From: TPA_inf: Saccharomyces
Lineage: Eukaryota
NCBI GenBank assembly: GCA_000146045.2
Contig: BK006941.2
Coordinates: 224,001 to 288,000 of the forward strand
Direction of reading: 5' to 3'
DNA length: 64,000 nucleotides
Notes under the pieces: generated by a model
What the model was told of the DNA's origin: nothing
The model's input: the letters and a program-made list of their open reading frames with translations, nothing else
Database searches by the model: none
Translations under genes and position numbers: made by a program
Shown: one piece after another, positions 21,716 through 32,964 of the stretch
Layout of the letters: each line of letters opens with the position of its first letter
Numbering within the stretch: the first letter of the stretch is position 1

Positions 21716-24124
21716 ATGAGATTTCTTCAGGTTTATAAATCATCGGCATTAATTGGACTAATAATATTGTTAGCCAGTAAAGTAAATCTTGCAGAGGCAA
21801 AAAGGAAGCTGGTAGCCACATCATTGGTCACATGTATGGAAAACTCGCAGCTGTCAGCAAATAGTTTTGACGTTGTTTTCAATCCAGACGACAGGTCATT
21901 ACATTATGATCTTGATATGTCAACTCAAATTGATTCATATATTTTTGCTGATATTGATGTCTACGCATATGGTTTCAAGATCATTACTAAAAATGTCGAT
22001 CTTTGTTCAATCAACTGGAAACAGTTTTGCCCGGTTCACCCAGGTAATATTCAGATCGACTCTATTGAATACATCTCCAGTGAGTACGTAAATGAAATTC
22101 CTGGTATTGCATACCAAGTCCCCGATATCGACGCATATGCCAGGGTCAAGATCACCAACAATGTGAGCGAGTACCTAGCATGTATCCAAATATACTTCTC
22201 AAACGGTAAAACAGTTTCTCAGATTGGTGTAAAATGGGCAACTGCAGTGGTAGCGGGAATTGGTCTTTTACTATCTGCCATCTTATCCACTTTTGGGAAC
22301 TCTACCGCAGCCTCACATATTTCTGCCAACACAATGTCACTTTTCTTATACTTCCAATCTGTTGTCGTGGTTGCCATGCAACATGTTCATCGAGTTCCGC
22401 CTATTGCAGCCGCCTGGGCGGAAAACTTGGTTTGGTCAATGGGGTTAATTAGAATCTCATTCATGCAAAGGATTTTCCGGTGGTATGTGCAATCCACTGG
22501 TGGTACGCCTAGCTTATATCTGACTTCAACATCTATGTCTGTTTTGGCTCAAAGAAGTTGGCAATATTTGATGGAGCTCCCATTAATCAAAAGAGCTACC
22601 AATGTTTTGTATGGTAATGCAAATACATTAATTTTTAGAGGAATCAAAAGGCTAGGCTATAAAATGGGAATCGAAAATACGTCCATCGTTTGTACCGGTT
22701 TTACTTTCTTCGTCTTATGTGGATATGTGTTGGCTGGATTTATCATAGTATTCAAATGCTGTGTGGAGTTAGCCACCCGGTTAGGATGGATCCAAAAGGC
22801 AAGGTTTTGGGAATTCAGGAAACAATGGAGAATGATCTTAAAAGGTGCTCTTTTAAGATATATTTACATCGGTTTCGTTCAGTTAACAATTCTCAGTTTT
22901 TGGGAATTTACTGAAAGAGATTCACCTGCTGTTATCGTCATCGCATGCCTTTTTATTCTTTTGTCATGTGGGTTAATGCTTTGGGCTGCATGGAGGACTG
23001 TTTTTTTCGCAAGAAGATCTGTTGCATTGTACAACAACCCAGCAGCCTTATTGTATGGAGATGAATATGTCTTACACAAATACGGATTTTTCTATACAAT
23101 GTTCAATGCCAATCATTACTGGTGGAACATTGTTCTTTTATCCTACATTTTTGTAAAATCATTATTGGTTGGATTTGCTCAGGCTTCTGGTCAAACACAA
23201 GTTCTTTTCATGTTCATATTGGATTTGTTTTACTTCGTTGCTATTATCTACTATAAGCCCTATCTGGACCGTCCAACAAACATAATGAATATTTTAATTG
23301 CTACTGTTACTGTAGTTAATTCCTTTCTATTCATGTTTTTTTCGGACTTGTTTAACCAAAGCTACAAAGTGGCTGCTATTATGGGATGGATATTTTTCAT
23401 TATGAACGCTGCATTTTCGTTCATTTTACTAATGATGATATTGGCATTCGCTGGTATGATGCTTTTCTCAAAGAACCCCGATCTAAGATTTAAACCTGCT
23501 AAGGACGATAGAACTTCTTTCCAAAGGAACACTATGAAACCAGAAGGTACTGTTAATAGATCAGTAGCGAACGAGTTGCTTGCGTTGGGCAATGTGGCAA
23601 AAGACCATGACGACAATTCAGATTACGAATCAAATGATACTGGTGTGAATGATGAGCTAAAGCAAGCACAGGATGAAACCACTCCCACAACCGTAACATC
23701 AAGTGATGATAACAAGCCTACGTTTTCAGAGAAAATATTAAGTAAATTCTCTAGGCCTAAGAATGAAAACGCAAGCACAGATGCTCTGAGAGTTGAAGCT
23801 CCAAAACAACAAACGTTTCCTCACAACTTAACGAATCTTTCACGAGAAAACCTATCAACATTAGGCTCTAAACCTTATCCAGGACACACAAGATCACAGT
23901 CTGATGCGCATAATGGACTGATCAATTCCTTTGAAGAGGAAGATACAAGTTCAAATACCGATCCATTTCACGACTCCACTGAAGGAGACCTTTTAGATAC
24001 CTCAAGTTCGGACGGAGGATTTAGGTCGCAAAACTATGTTCGAGATGACAGCATAAATAGTTTGGGAAACAATAAACAACCACTGAGGAAACCCCCTGGA
24101 TTCTTCGATGAAGGATTTATGTGA
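21716..24124 (+). CDS. FLC3: Flc family flavin-carrier / TRP-like ER membrane protein (802 aa)
   Basis: ORF 21716..24124 +. N-terminal signal sequence, a luminal Cys-containing domain, then a multi-TM TRP-like region and a Ser/Asp-rich tail. Matches YGL139W. Confidence 0.9.
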   Translation: MRFLQVYKSSALIGLIILLASKVNLAEAKRKLVATSLVTCMENSQLSANSFDVVFNPDDRSLHYDLDMSTQIDSYIFADIDVYAYGFKIITKNVDLCSINWKQFCPVHPGNIQIDSIEYISSEYVNEIPGIAYQVPDIDAYARVKITNNVSEYLACIQIYFSNGKTVSQIGVKWATAVVAGIGLLLSAILSTFGNSTAASHISANTMSLFLYFQSVVVVAMQHVHRVPPIAAAWAENLVWSMGLIRISFMQRIFRWYVQSTGGTPSLYLTSTSMSVLAQRSWQYLMELPLIKRATNVLYGNANTLIFRGIKRLGYKMGIENTSIVCTGFTFFVLCGYVLAGFIIVFKCCVELATRLGWIQKARFWEFRKQWRMILKGALLRYIYIGFVQLTILSFWEFTERDSPAVIVIACLFILLSCGLMLWAAWRTVFFARRSVALYNNPAALLYGDEYVLHKYGFFYTMFNANHYWWNIVLLSYIFVKSLLVGFAQASGQTQVLFMFILDLFYFVAIIYYKPYLDRPTNIMNILIATVTVVNSFLFMFFSDLFNQSYKVAAIMGWIFFIMNAAFSFILLMMILAFAGMMLFSKNPDLRFKPAKDDRTSFQRNTMKPEGTVNRSVANELLALGNVAKDHDDNSDYESNDTGVNDELKQAQDETTPTTVTSSDDNKPTFSEKILSKFSRPKNENASTDALRVEAPKQQTFPHNLTNLSRENLSTLGSKPYPGHTRSQSDAHNGLINSFEEEDTSSNTDPFHDSTEGDLLDTSSSDGGFRSQNYVRDDSINSLGNNKQPLRKPPGFFDEGFM

Positions 24125-24493
24125 GTCTTTACGATATACAAAAGTTCTGCTCCTATCATAAAAATTTTTAATTTTACAGGTTTTTCTCATTCTCCTTCTA
24201 ACCTTCTAAATTCTGTTTTTGTCAGAAGTTTCCCAAGTTTTCTTTTTCATTAATAACGTTAAAACACTTTGTACCAGTTTGCTTAATATGAATTTTTTTA
24301 AAATAGATAGCTTTTGTTATCTTTGTTTCTATGTTGTAATATCCCAGTTTGTCATATTTTTAATACTCCTCGTGTAACAACAAATTAAAAAAAAATAAAT
24401 ACTTAAATTAATCAAGTTAAATAAACTAATCGAATCAAACAAACAATTTATTATAAAATTATGTTTTTTCATGAATAGGAATGTGTAAGTTGT

Positions 24494-25531
24494 TCAGTTC
24501 TTAAGAGGTATCTTATTTTTTAACATCTTTGAGATCTTCCTCCTCAAATATTTCCTTCTTGTAATATTTCCACTATTAGAGTTTCTATTATGTGCGGCTA
24601 TCGCTCTTATTAGTGCATCATGAGGCCTTTCTATGTTTTGCGCAATCCGATTTATTGTACGGTCTAGTTTTTCATGAAAATTCGGGACATTTTCATTCCC
24701 AGAGCTATCATATTGCTCCATAGGATTTATTTCGTTTATCCAAGACATTTCTTTGTTTTTAAACTTTCTTAAGTTTTTATAGCTCTTCCAAAACTCCGAA
24801 GTTAAGGATTTATATTCCAATTCGTTTGATATGTTCTTATCTGAATGGATGAGCATCTCATATTTGGACATAGGAATACTTAACGAATGTAGATAAGGTA
24901 CCACCTTGGTGATTCTTCCTTTAATTGACCAAGATATTTTGTAATCTCTAATATCATCAGAAATAATAGGCGTTAATGGAATAGTTTCAAAATTGTTCTG
25001 AGTGGGGGGATGCGTCTTTGAAGAATTGCAAACAAATACGAATCCAACAAATTTATTAGGAAAGTAAAGGGTTACATTACGCTGTGTATATTTCTGCACC
25101 CTTGCAAACTTGAAACATACTGAGCTGTTTTGGGAGATAGTATCATCCTCCTGGGCTGGAATGCATAGTGGTTCTGCCCAATCTAAATCCTTTTGAAAGG
25201 GTAGAATATGATTCCAAATTGGCTTTCCTCCTTTACAAAAGGTCACTTGAAGAAAATTATTGATTTGCAAGGGCGCTACCTGGTATTCATATTGTTTTTC
25301 AATTACAAAGCCTGTGTACAAAGTACTTTGTTTTTTGTATTGTTCGTACTCCTGCTTCAAGTTCTGTAACTTGTCACCTTTAAGAACATTTAAGAAGAAC
25401 TCTGTCTGGAAATTTTGGTCTTCGAACTTACACACATCATGTCCAGGAAATGAACTTTTTCCTTGAACGAAAGTGCTCTTAAATAAGGTGTACGTTATAA
25501 AAAAGAAGAAAAATTCTAAAAAGTTGTACAT
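24494..25531 (-). CDS. uncharacterised protein (345 aa) with N-terminal hydrophobic signal-like segment
   Basis: ORF 24494..25531 -. N-terminus MYNFLEFFFFFITYTLFKSTFVQG, several N-x-S/T sites and a basic C-terminal tail. Corresponds to YGL138C by position. Confidence 0.8.
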   Translation of the reverse strand: MYNFLEFFFFFITYTLFKSTFVQGKSSFPGHDVCKFEDQNFQTEFFLNVLKGDKLQNLKQEYEQYKKQSTLYTGFVIEKQYEYQVAPLQINNFLQVTFCKGGKPIWNHILPFQKDLDWAEPLCIPAQEDDTISQNSSVCFKFARVQKYTQRNVTLYFPNKFVGFVFVCNSSKTHPPTQNNFETIPLTPIISDDIRDYKISWSIKGRITKVVPYLHSLSIPMSKYEMLIHSDKNISNELEYKSLTSEFWKSYKNLRKFKNKEMSWINEINPMEQYDSSGNENVPNFHEKLDRTINRIAQNIERPHDALIRAIAAHNRNSNSGNITRRKYLRRKISKMLKNKIPLKN

Positions 25532-25868
25532 TCATCCGAGGAGCACTTTGGATATTATAATCTATTTTTAGTTTTGTTGCTTTGTATTGAGCTGTATAAA
25601 AATCATTAGATCCACATTACTAATTATTGAATATGGACAATAATATCAAATATATTATTATCAAATTGATTATTTTGTGACGCGGCGTCAAATTTTAATC
25701 GCGTCTGACGAATGAGCGGGTAATAAACTGTCTTTTTTTCATGAATGAATCGAGCTGGCATTAGGAACATGTCGTGTAAGATTTGGGAGTAAATAACAGA
25801 AAGCTGCAATAAATGGTAGCTTGTAATGGTGAATTAAGACACCCAATCGAAACAATTATACGGACACG

Positions 25869-28738
25869 ATGAAGTTGGATATAAAGGTATGTTACCAGAG
25901 CGCGTTTTGCCAATGCAATTGCGAACAAGCTCCGACAACTCCTATGATTAGGAAATGATCTCGTTCGCGAAGAATACAAAGCCTGCAAAAAGCAAACATT
26001 AAGATTAGTTACTAACAGGAAGATTTTTGAAATAAATGCATTTGCTCTTGGCATTTCCTTTATTTGACACTGTACATTTATGATAGAAAACTTTTAGTAA
26101 TAGATCCGATCGAGTTAAAGGTATCGATTTCCATCCTACTGAGCCATGGGTTTTGACTACCTTGTACTCTGGTCGTGTTGAGCTTTGGAATTACGAAACA
26201 CAAGTTGAAGTTAGATCCATCCAAGTTACGGAAACTCCTGTTAGAGCAGGTAAATTCATTGCAAGAAAGAATTGGATAATTGTTGGGAGTGATGATTTCA
26301 GGATCAGAGTCTTCAACTACAATACAGGTGAAAAAGTTGTTGATTTCGAAGCTCATCCAGACTATATCCGTTCCATTGCTGTACATCCAACAAAGCCTTA
26401 TGTTTTATCCGGCAGTGATGATTTGACAGTCAAACTATGGAATTGGGAAAATAACTGGGCCTTAGAACAAACTTTTGAAGGTCACGAACACTTTGTCATG
26501 TGCGTCGCATTCAATCCAAAGGATCCTAGTACGTTTGCATCTGGGTGTTTGGACCGAACCGTTAAAGTTTGGTCATTGGGACAATCGACACCAAATTTCA
26601 CGTTAACCACAGGACAAGAAAGAGGTGTGAATTATGTTGATTATTACCCGCTACCTGACAAGCCTTATATGATTACTGCGTCGGACGACTTAACCATCAA
26701 AATTTGGGATTACCAAACGAAGTCATGTGTAGCCACTCTAGAAGGTCACATGTCCAATGTTTCTTTTGCTGTTTTCCATCCAACTTTACCCATTATAATT
26801 TCTGGTTCCGAAGATGGCACTTTAAAGATATGGAATTCTTCCACTTACAAGGTAGAAAAGACTTTAAACGTTGGTTTAGAAAGAAGTTGGTGTATCGCTA
26901 CCCATCCAACAGGACGTAAAAACTACATTGCATCCGGGTTTGATAATGGGTTTACCGTACTTTCCTTGGGAAATGATGAACCAACTTTATCACTTGACCC
27001 TGTCGGTAAGCTAGTATGGTCAGGTGGCAAAAATGCCGCAGCTTCAGACATTTTCACTGCCGTCATAAGAGGTAACGAAGAAGTTGAACAAGATGAACCA
27101 TTATCTTTACAAACTAAGGAGCTGGGTTCCGTTGATGTTTTCCCTCAATCTTTAGCCCATTCTCCAAATGGTAGGTTTGTTACAGTTGTTGGGGATGGTG
27201 AATACGTTATTTATACGGCGTTGGCTTGGAGAAACAAAGCCTTCGGTAAATGTCAAGACTTTGTTTGGGGCCCCGACTCCAATAGTTATGCTTTAATTGA
27301 TGAAACTGGGCAAATTAAATACTACAAAAACTTTAAAGAAGTCACATCATGGTCTGTCCCAATGCATTCTGCTATTGATAGATTATTTTCAGGTGCCTTG
27401 TTGGGTGTGAAGTCTGATGGCTTCGTCTATTTCTTCGATTGGGACAACGGTACGCTAGTTAGAAGAATTGATGTTAATGCTAAGGATGTCATTTGGTCCG
27501 ATAACGGTGAGCTGGTGATGATTGTCAACACCAATAGTAATGGTGATGAAGCAAGTGGTTACACATTATTATTCAACAAGGATGCTTACCTTGAAGCAGC
27601 AAATAATGGCAATATCGACGATTCAGAAGGTGTTGATGAGGCTTTTGACGTATTGTATGAACTAAGTGAATCCATTACATCAGGCAAATGGGTTGGTGAT
27701 GTCTTTATCTTTACCACAGCAACTAACAGGCTGAACTACTTCGTAGGTGGAAAGACTTATAATTTAGCCCATTACACAAAGGAAATGTATCTATTGGGCT
27801 ATCTAGCACGTGATAATAAAGTATATTTAGCTGACAGAGAGGTCCATGTTTATGGTTACGAAATATCTCTAGAGGTGCTGGAGTTCCAAACATTGACTTT
27901 AAGAGGGGAAATTGAAGAAGCCATTGAAAATGTACTCCCAAATGTTGAGGGTAAGGACTCTTTAACAAAAATTGCTAGATTTCTGGAAGGTCAAGAGTAT
28001 TATGAAGAAGCACTGAATATTTCCCCTGATCAAGATCAAAAATTTGAGCTAGCCTTAAAAGTCGGCCAACTTACGCTTGCTCGCGATTTGTTGACAGATG
28101 AAAGCGCCGAAATGAAATGGAGAGCCTTGGGTGATGCTTCCTTACAAAGGTTCAATTTTAAACTTGCTGTTGAAGCTTTCACAAATGCACATGATCTAGA
28201 ATCTTTATTTCTATTGCACTCATCTTTTAATAACAAGGAGGGGTTGGTCACTTTAGCTAAAGATGCTGAAAGGGCCGGTAAATTCAATTTGGCTTTTAAT
28301 GCATATTGGATCGCTGGCGATATACAAGGCGCTAAAGATCTTTTAATCAAGTCTCAAAGGTTTTCCGAAGCCGCTTTCCTTGGATCAACATACGGTTTAG
28401 GAGATGATGCAGTCAACGATATTGTTACAAAATGGAAGGAAAATTTGATACTCAACGGTAAGAATACTGTATCAGAAAGAGTTTGTGGGGCCGAAGGTTT
28501 ACCAGGCTCTTCGAGTTCAGGAGATGCCCAACCACTCATTGACTTAGATTCCACTCCAGCCCCAGAACAAGCTGACGAAAACAAAGAAGCTGAAGTTGAG
28601 GACAGCGAGTTTAAAGAATCCAACTCAGAGGCAGTTGAAGCCGAAAAAAAAGAAGAGGAAGCTCCCCAGCAACAACAATCAGAACAACAGCCGGAGCAAG
28701 GAGAGGCAGTGCCGGAGCCTGTGGAAGAAGAGAGTTAA
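25869..28738 (+). CDS. SEC27: coatomer beta-prime subunit (889 aa), spliced: join(25869..25886, 26087..28738)
   Basis: Exon 1 ATGAAGTTGGATATAAAG (MKLDIK) is followed by GTATGT. Branchpoint TACTAAC at 26009..26015. The 3' splice site TGATAG ends at 26086. Exon 2 continues [31 protein letters not shown]... in frame with ORF 26153..28738, with N-terminal WD40 repeats. The ORF track starts only at the internal Met at 26153. Confidence 0.92.
25887..26086 (+). other. SEC27: spliceosomal intron of SEC27 (200 nt)
   Basis: Canonical yeast signals: 5'SS GTATGT (25887-25892), branchpoint TACTAAC (26009-26015), 3'SS AG at 26085-26086. Splicing restores the known N-terminus [12 protein letters not shown]. 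Confidence 0.88.
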
Positions 28739-28896
28739 CCACCTCATAGAAAGACAAATAAAGAACTAATCAACGAATGAGAAAACATCTTTAATGGATG
28801 GTAAACATATATATATACAGATGTACACTTTTTATTTTTATTGCGATAGGTGTGAAAATGAACGTGACTTGAAACTTTGCGCGCAAACAAATCATA

Positions 28897-29859
28897 TTAT
28901 GAATTACTAAACACGTCCAGTTTATCTACATTTCTTTTCTTCTTTAATCCGATATAATAGGTCTCCTTTGATTCGTCTCTAGAAGCGTCAGGCTTGAACT
29001 TATGAACGTTAGTGAAAACTGCCTGCATTCTTTTTTTAAATAGGTTTTCTTCTTCGCCGGTGTATAGTTTACAAACAAACGAACCTAATGGCCGTAATAA
29101 ATCTATAGCCGTAACTAAGGCTGCGTCACATAAATCAATAGATTGGTAATGGTCTCTTATACTGACACCAGATGTATTAGCCATCCTAAAATAAGCTTGA
29201 TTAGTAATGTTGTTCCAAAAACCGGTTGTTTGGGGCCAGGGTTCATACATATCACTTATAATCACATCAACTGGGAATTTTTCTCGTTCTATTAGGGTAC
29301 TATTCGTATTCGGAGTTTCATAAATGTCATCAGAGGTGAAAATTTCACGGTACAATTCAGTATCTTTCACATGGGTTAGCTCCTCCTCGAGCATGTTCTG
29401 GAAATAGCCATGGTCCTTATGCAAATCATCGTGTCTGTTCAATTGGAAATGCTTAGAAAAAAAGAGCCGTATAAGATCATGAGTTCTTTTGGCCAATATA
29501 TTAGCTTGAATAGAGTTCACACCATGCGGAGGTTCACAAGGGAGAATGTCAACGCCCAGTATCATTGAATTAGGTGAACTTCTTTGCCGTGCTACTTGGG
29601 ACCAAGCCCCAGGGGCATACCCAAGATCTAGAATTCTCTGATCGGTCCTGTTTTTGCTAAAAAGCCGATATTTATCATCAATCTGCATAAGCTTGAATGC
29701 GGCTCTAGACCTCAGATTTTGGACCTTGGCCTCTTTTGTGTAGGGATCCTTCAGTTGTCTATTCAGCCATCTGTTTTGTGAGTTAGAATTATACCGTACA
29801 TGTATTCGACCTAAAGAAGACGATATTATACTCCTGATACGATTGTACACTAAAATCAT
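28897..29859 (-). CDS. MRM2: mitochondrial 21S rRNA 2'-O-ribose methyltransferase, FtsJ/RrmJ family (320 aa)
   Basis: ORF 28897..29859 - with the SAM-binding motif ILDLGYAPGAWSQVA and an FtsJ-like fold. Matches YGL136C. Confidence 0.9.
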   Translation of the reverse strand: MILVYNRIRSIISSSLGRIHVRYNSNSQNRWLNRQLKDPYTKEAKVQNLRSRAAFKLMQIDDKYRLFSKNRTDQRILDLGYAPGAWSQVARQRSSPNSMILGVDILPCEPPHGVNSIQANILAKRTHDLIRLFFSKHFQLNRHDDLHKDHGYFQNMLEEELTHVKDTELYREIFTSDDIYETPNTNSTLIEREKFPVDVIISDMYEPWPQTTGFWNNITNQAYFRMANTSGVSIRDHYQSIDLCDAALVTAIDLLRPLGSFVCKLYTGEEENLFKKRMQAVFTNVHKFKPDASRDESKETYYIGLKKKRNVDKLDVFSNS

Positions 29860-30328
29860 GCTGTAATTTTCCCGTCAGTATGTGTAGTCATTACTTCAAA
29901 CCTCGGATAAGCCCATCTTGATGGCTACGACTTCCATCTATATCAGAGGCTGACATTTTTCTCTCATTGACGGAGACGCCCTTTAACCGGACCTGATCAT
30001 TTTTAAAAGAACGCCAGTAAAAGAGATCTTACAAATACCAGAGAAACGGTATTGAACCTTCTTCTTTGATTAGAACAAATTACTTGATCTTCTTTTTTAA
30101 AAAAGAACTGAAAAATCAAAAACGATACATGAAGATGGTATGTAAGTTAGCTAAATAACTTGCTTAATTTCAAGAAAGGGGACTGTAAAAAATTCAGTTT
30201 ACTCTACCATTATCTCCATTAACATATCAACTTTTAGATCGCAATGAAGAAGACTGCGTTCATAAACCTTACCTCATAAGGCCAAACAGCTATCAGCTTT
30301 TGGCAAAAGTTGAATACGGACATTTTTG

Positions 30329-30404
30329 AACCCATACATCTTTCAATATGCACGGGTGCAACCTCAAATATTTAAAGTTTTTTTTTCCTGAAACTTTTTT
30401 TTCG
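30329..30404 (+). promoter_or_regulatory. RPL1B promoter: two Rap1-like sites (ACCCATACATC at 30329-30340; inverted ATGCACGGGTGCAA at 30348-30362) followed by T-rich tract 30376-30404
   Basis: Matches the Rap1 consensus ACACCCRYACAYM with 1-2 mismatches each. Pairing, spacing and position ~280-310 bp upstream of the ATG, and the downstream T-rich element, are the canonical ribosomal-protein-gene promoter layout. Confidence 0.55.
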
Positions 30405-30640
30405 CACACAATAATGCCATAGACATCTTTTGGCCTCAGATTGGAAAGTCCGAGGAAGAAAGACGCAATCAATGGGAAGAGTGTTGTATTTGGATTAAGA
30501 TATGTAAGTACATCTTCGCAGCACTTCTTGAGCATTACGTTATTTGGTAACCTCTTGAAGTTTCAGGAAAGACTCCATAGAACTAGTCGCAAGCCTCACG
30601 GACCACCAAATACTTTGGAAGACTAATTACATATCATAAA

Positions 30641-31294
30641 ATGTCTAAGATCACCTCTTCTCAAGTCAGAGAACACGTCAAGGAATTGTTGAAGTATTCC
30701 AACGAAACCAAGAAGAGAAACTTCTTGGAAACCGTCGAACTACAAGTCGGTTTGAAGAACTATGACCCTCAAAGAGACAAGCGTTTCTCTGGTTCTTTGA
30801 AGTTGCCAAACTGTCCAAGACCAAACATGTCCATCTGTATCTTCGGTGATGCTTTCGATGTTGACAGAGCTAAGTCTTGCGGTGTTGACGCTATGTCCGT
30901 CGATGACTTGAAGAAGTTGAACAAGAACAAGAAGTTAATCAAGAAGTTGTCTAAGAAGTACAACGCTTTCATTGCTTCCGAAGTTTTGATCAAGCAAGTT
31001 CCAAGACTATTGGGTCCTCAATTGTCCAAGGCTGGTAAGTTCCCAACCCCAGTTTCTCACAACGATGACTTGTACGGTAAGGTCACTGATGTCAGATCTA
31101 CCATCAAGTTCCAATTGAAGAAGGTCTTGTGTTTGGCTGTTGCCGTTGGTAACGTTGAAATGGAAGAAGACGTTTTGGTTAACCAAATCTTGATGTCTGT
31201 TAACTTCTTTGTTTCTTTGTTGAAGAAGAACTGGCAAAATGTTGGTTCCTTGGTTGTTAAGTCCTCCATGGGTCCAGCTTTCAGATTGTACTAA
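30641..31294 (+). CDS. RPL1B: 60S ribosomal protein L1 (uL1), 217 aa
   Basis: ORF 30641..31294 + starts [51 protein letters not shown], an uL1 family protein. Strong codon bias. Confidence 0.95.
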
Positions 31295-31662
31295 TCACTT
31301 CCGAGCGATTAATACATATCTCCATCTTTTTAAATACCTTTTTTAATACGTATGACTCTAAGTAGTAAAAGTATTATGCATAGTTTTAGCCAGATATTTT
31401 TGGGCCCGGAATATATCTTTTCGGGAAGCTCGGAGTATATTGCACCGATCCGATTCTTACTCCATATCATGCCATTTTTCTTTCCTTTCTCAGCGATGTT
31501 TTGTAGGAAATCACTTAGAACTTGCCTTACTTTAAAAGCATGTTGAGTGAATTTCACAGATCGATATGCTTTGGTGTTCAATCAGTTCAACCATACCTGC
31601 TATTATATAATCTTCGACTCGCATAATATAGGTATTCCATGCGCAAATAGATTACTTGCAAA

Positions 31663-32964
31663 ATGGACATGACTAAAAACCACACCACTGACACAGAGGA
31701 GTTTGATGATGGTGATATACGTCCAGTCAGTTTGGGAATTGTGGACGATTATAACGCTTCGTTCGAATTACCTTTGAAACCAAAGTTTTTACAGAGTGAG
31801 AATTTCTCAGATTTAACAAGTGAATGGGACCAGTCTAGATCAAATACGCCTGGTCTTGCAGAAGGCAAGACTGAGAAAGCACAGCCATGCGGTACAACAG
31901 ATAGTTCAAAAAATAGAATACATGTAGAGCAACTGTTGGAATCCGCTAATGAAATGAATAATTATTTGGCGCAGAATATAGAGAACATAAACAATTTTCA
32001 GGTGGGGCTATTGAATGGAGGGAAAGGATTATATAGTTCCATGGGTGATGATTCGAGCGCGTGTATTAATGGCACTAATTTTAGCTCAACGTCCAATTTT
32101 GAACTAAGTGATGATGAGCTAGAGGATACCACGGGTTGCACAAGTTCTATTTTTGATAAAGATCTTTTCCATCAACAAAACGGGCTAAGCATACCTCGCC
32201 GTAGATCACCACTCTTCAAATCTCCAACTGCCAGTTTCGAAATTGGCGATGCTACGGATGTGGAGGAGCAAGATATTGATGACTCCATTTTTTCTGAATG
32301 TAGCAGCATTACAAGCTTTGATATGGGAGGGTTGCATATCAGTCTACCACACGATGAAGAAGAAGATCAAGAAAAAACTAAGTCCGAAAGTGAAAACCCG
32401 TTGCTACATGGCATACCGGTTGATGTAGAAGTGCCCCACATATCGGTTGATGAAGCTCTGGCGAATTTCAAGGAAACCATAGAACTACTACTAAAACTTA
32501 GTGGCAATAGAAAGTGTACCGGTTTCAATACTAGAGTGGAGAAAAAAGAATACTCGAATTTCTACATGAAAAGTAAACCCACCTTATCATCAGCAGATTT
32601 TCTCAAGAGAATCCAAGACAAATGTGAGTACCAGCCAACTGTTTACCTTGTGGCAACATTTTTAATTGACACGTTGTTTTTAACAAGGGATGGCAATAAC
32701 ATTTTGCAGTTGAAGTTAAACTTACAGGAAAAGGAGGTCCATCGAATGATAATAGCAGCGGTTAGATTGAGCACGAAATTATTGGAAGATTTCGTTCACT
32801 CACATGAATATTTTAGTAAAGTATGCGGTATTTCGAAACGGCTTTTGACTAAATTAGAAGTCAGTCTATTGATCTGTGTGTGCAATACTAAATTAATGGT
32901 CAGTAACAGGAAATTAGCCGCCTCCAAATTACTTTTGAATGAACTACGGTCCTTCTGTGTATAG
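31663..32964 (+). CDS. PCL10: Pho85 cyclin, Pcl8/Pcl10 subfamily (433 aa), cyclin box in C-terminal third
   Basis: ORF 31663..32964 +. Acidic/Ser-rich N-terminal region and a C-terminal cyclin fold (KPTLSSADFLKRIQDKCEYQPTVYLVATFLIDTLF...). Matches YGL134W. Confidence 0.88.
   Translation: MDMTKNHTTDTEEFDDGDIRPVSLGIVDDYNASFELPLKPKFLQSENFSDLTSEWDQSRSNTPGLAEGKTEKAQPCGTTDSSKNRIHVEQLLESANEMNNYLAQNIENINNFQVGLLNGGKGLYSSMGDDSSACINGTNFSSTSNFELSDDELEDTTGCTSSIFDKDLFHQQNGLSIPRRRSPLFKSPTASFEIGDATDVEEQDIDDSIFSECSSITSFDMGGLHISLPHDEEEDQEKTKSESENPLLHGIPVDVEVPHISVDEALANFKETIELLLKLSGNRKCTGFNTRVEKKEYSNFYMKSKPTLSSADFLKRIQDKCEYQPTVYLVATFLIDTLFLTRDGNNILQLKLNLQEKEVHRMIIAAVRLSTKLLEDFVHSHEYFSKVCGISKRLLTKLEVSLLICVCNTKLMVSNRKLAASKLLLNELRSFCV

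Noticed and set aside
24300-24493. ARS consensus (WTTTAYRTTTW) 10 of 11 matches, e.g. AATTATGTTTT at ~24457 and TTTTATATGTA at ~3690, in AT-rich convergent intergenic regions.
   Set aside because: 10 of 11 ACS matches occur by chance in AT-rich yeast intergenic DNA. Without an exact match plus B-elements or functional data I cannot call an origin.
26078-26386. 102-aa minus-strand ORF overlapping the SEC27 intron/exon-2 junction.
   Set aside because: Antisense to the WD40-encoding exon 2. No features.
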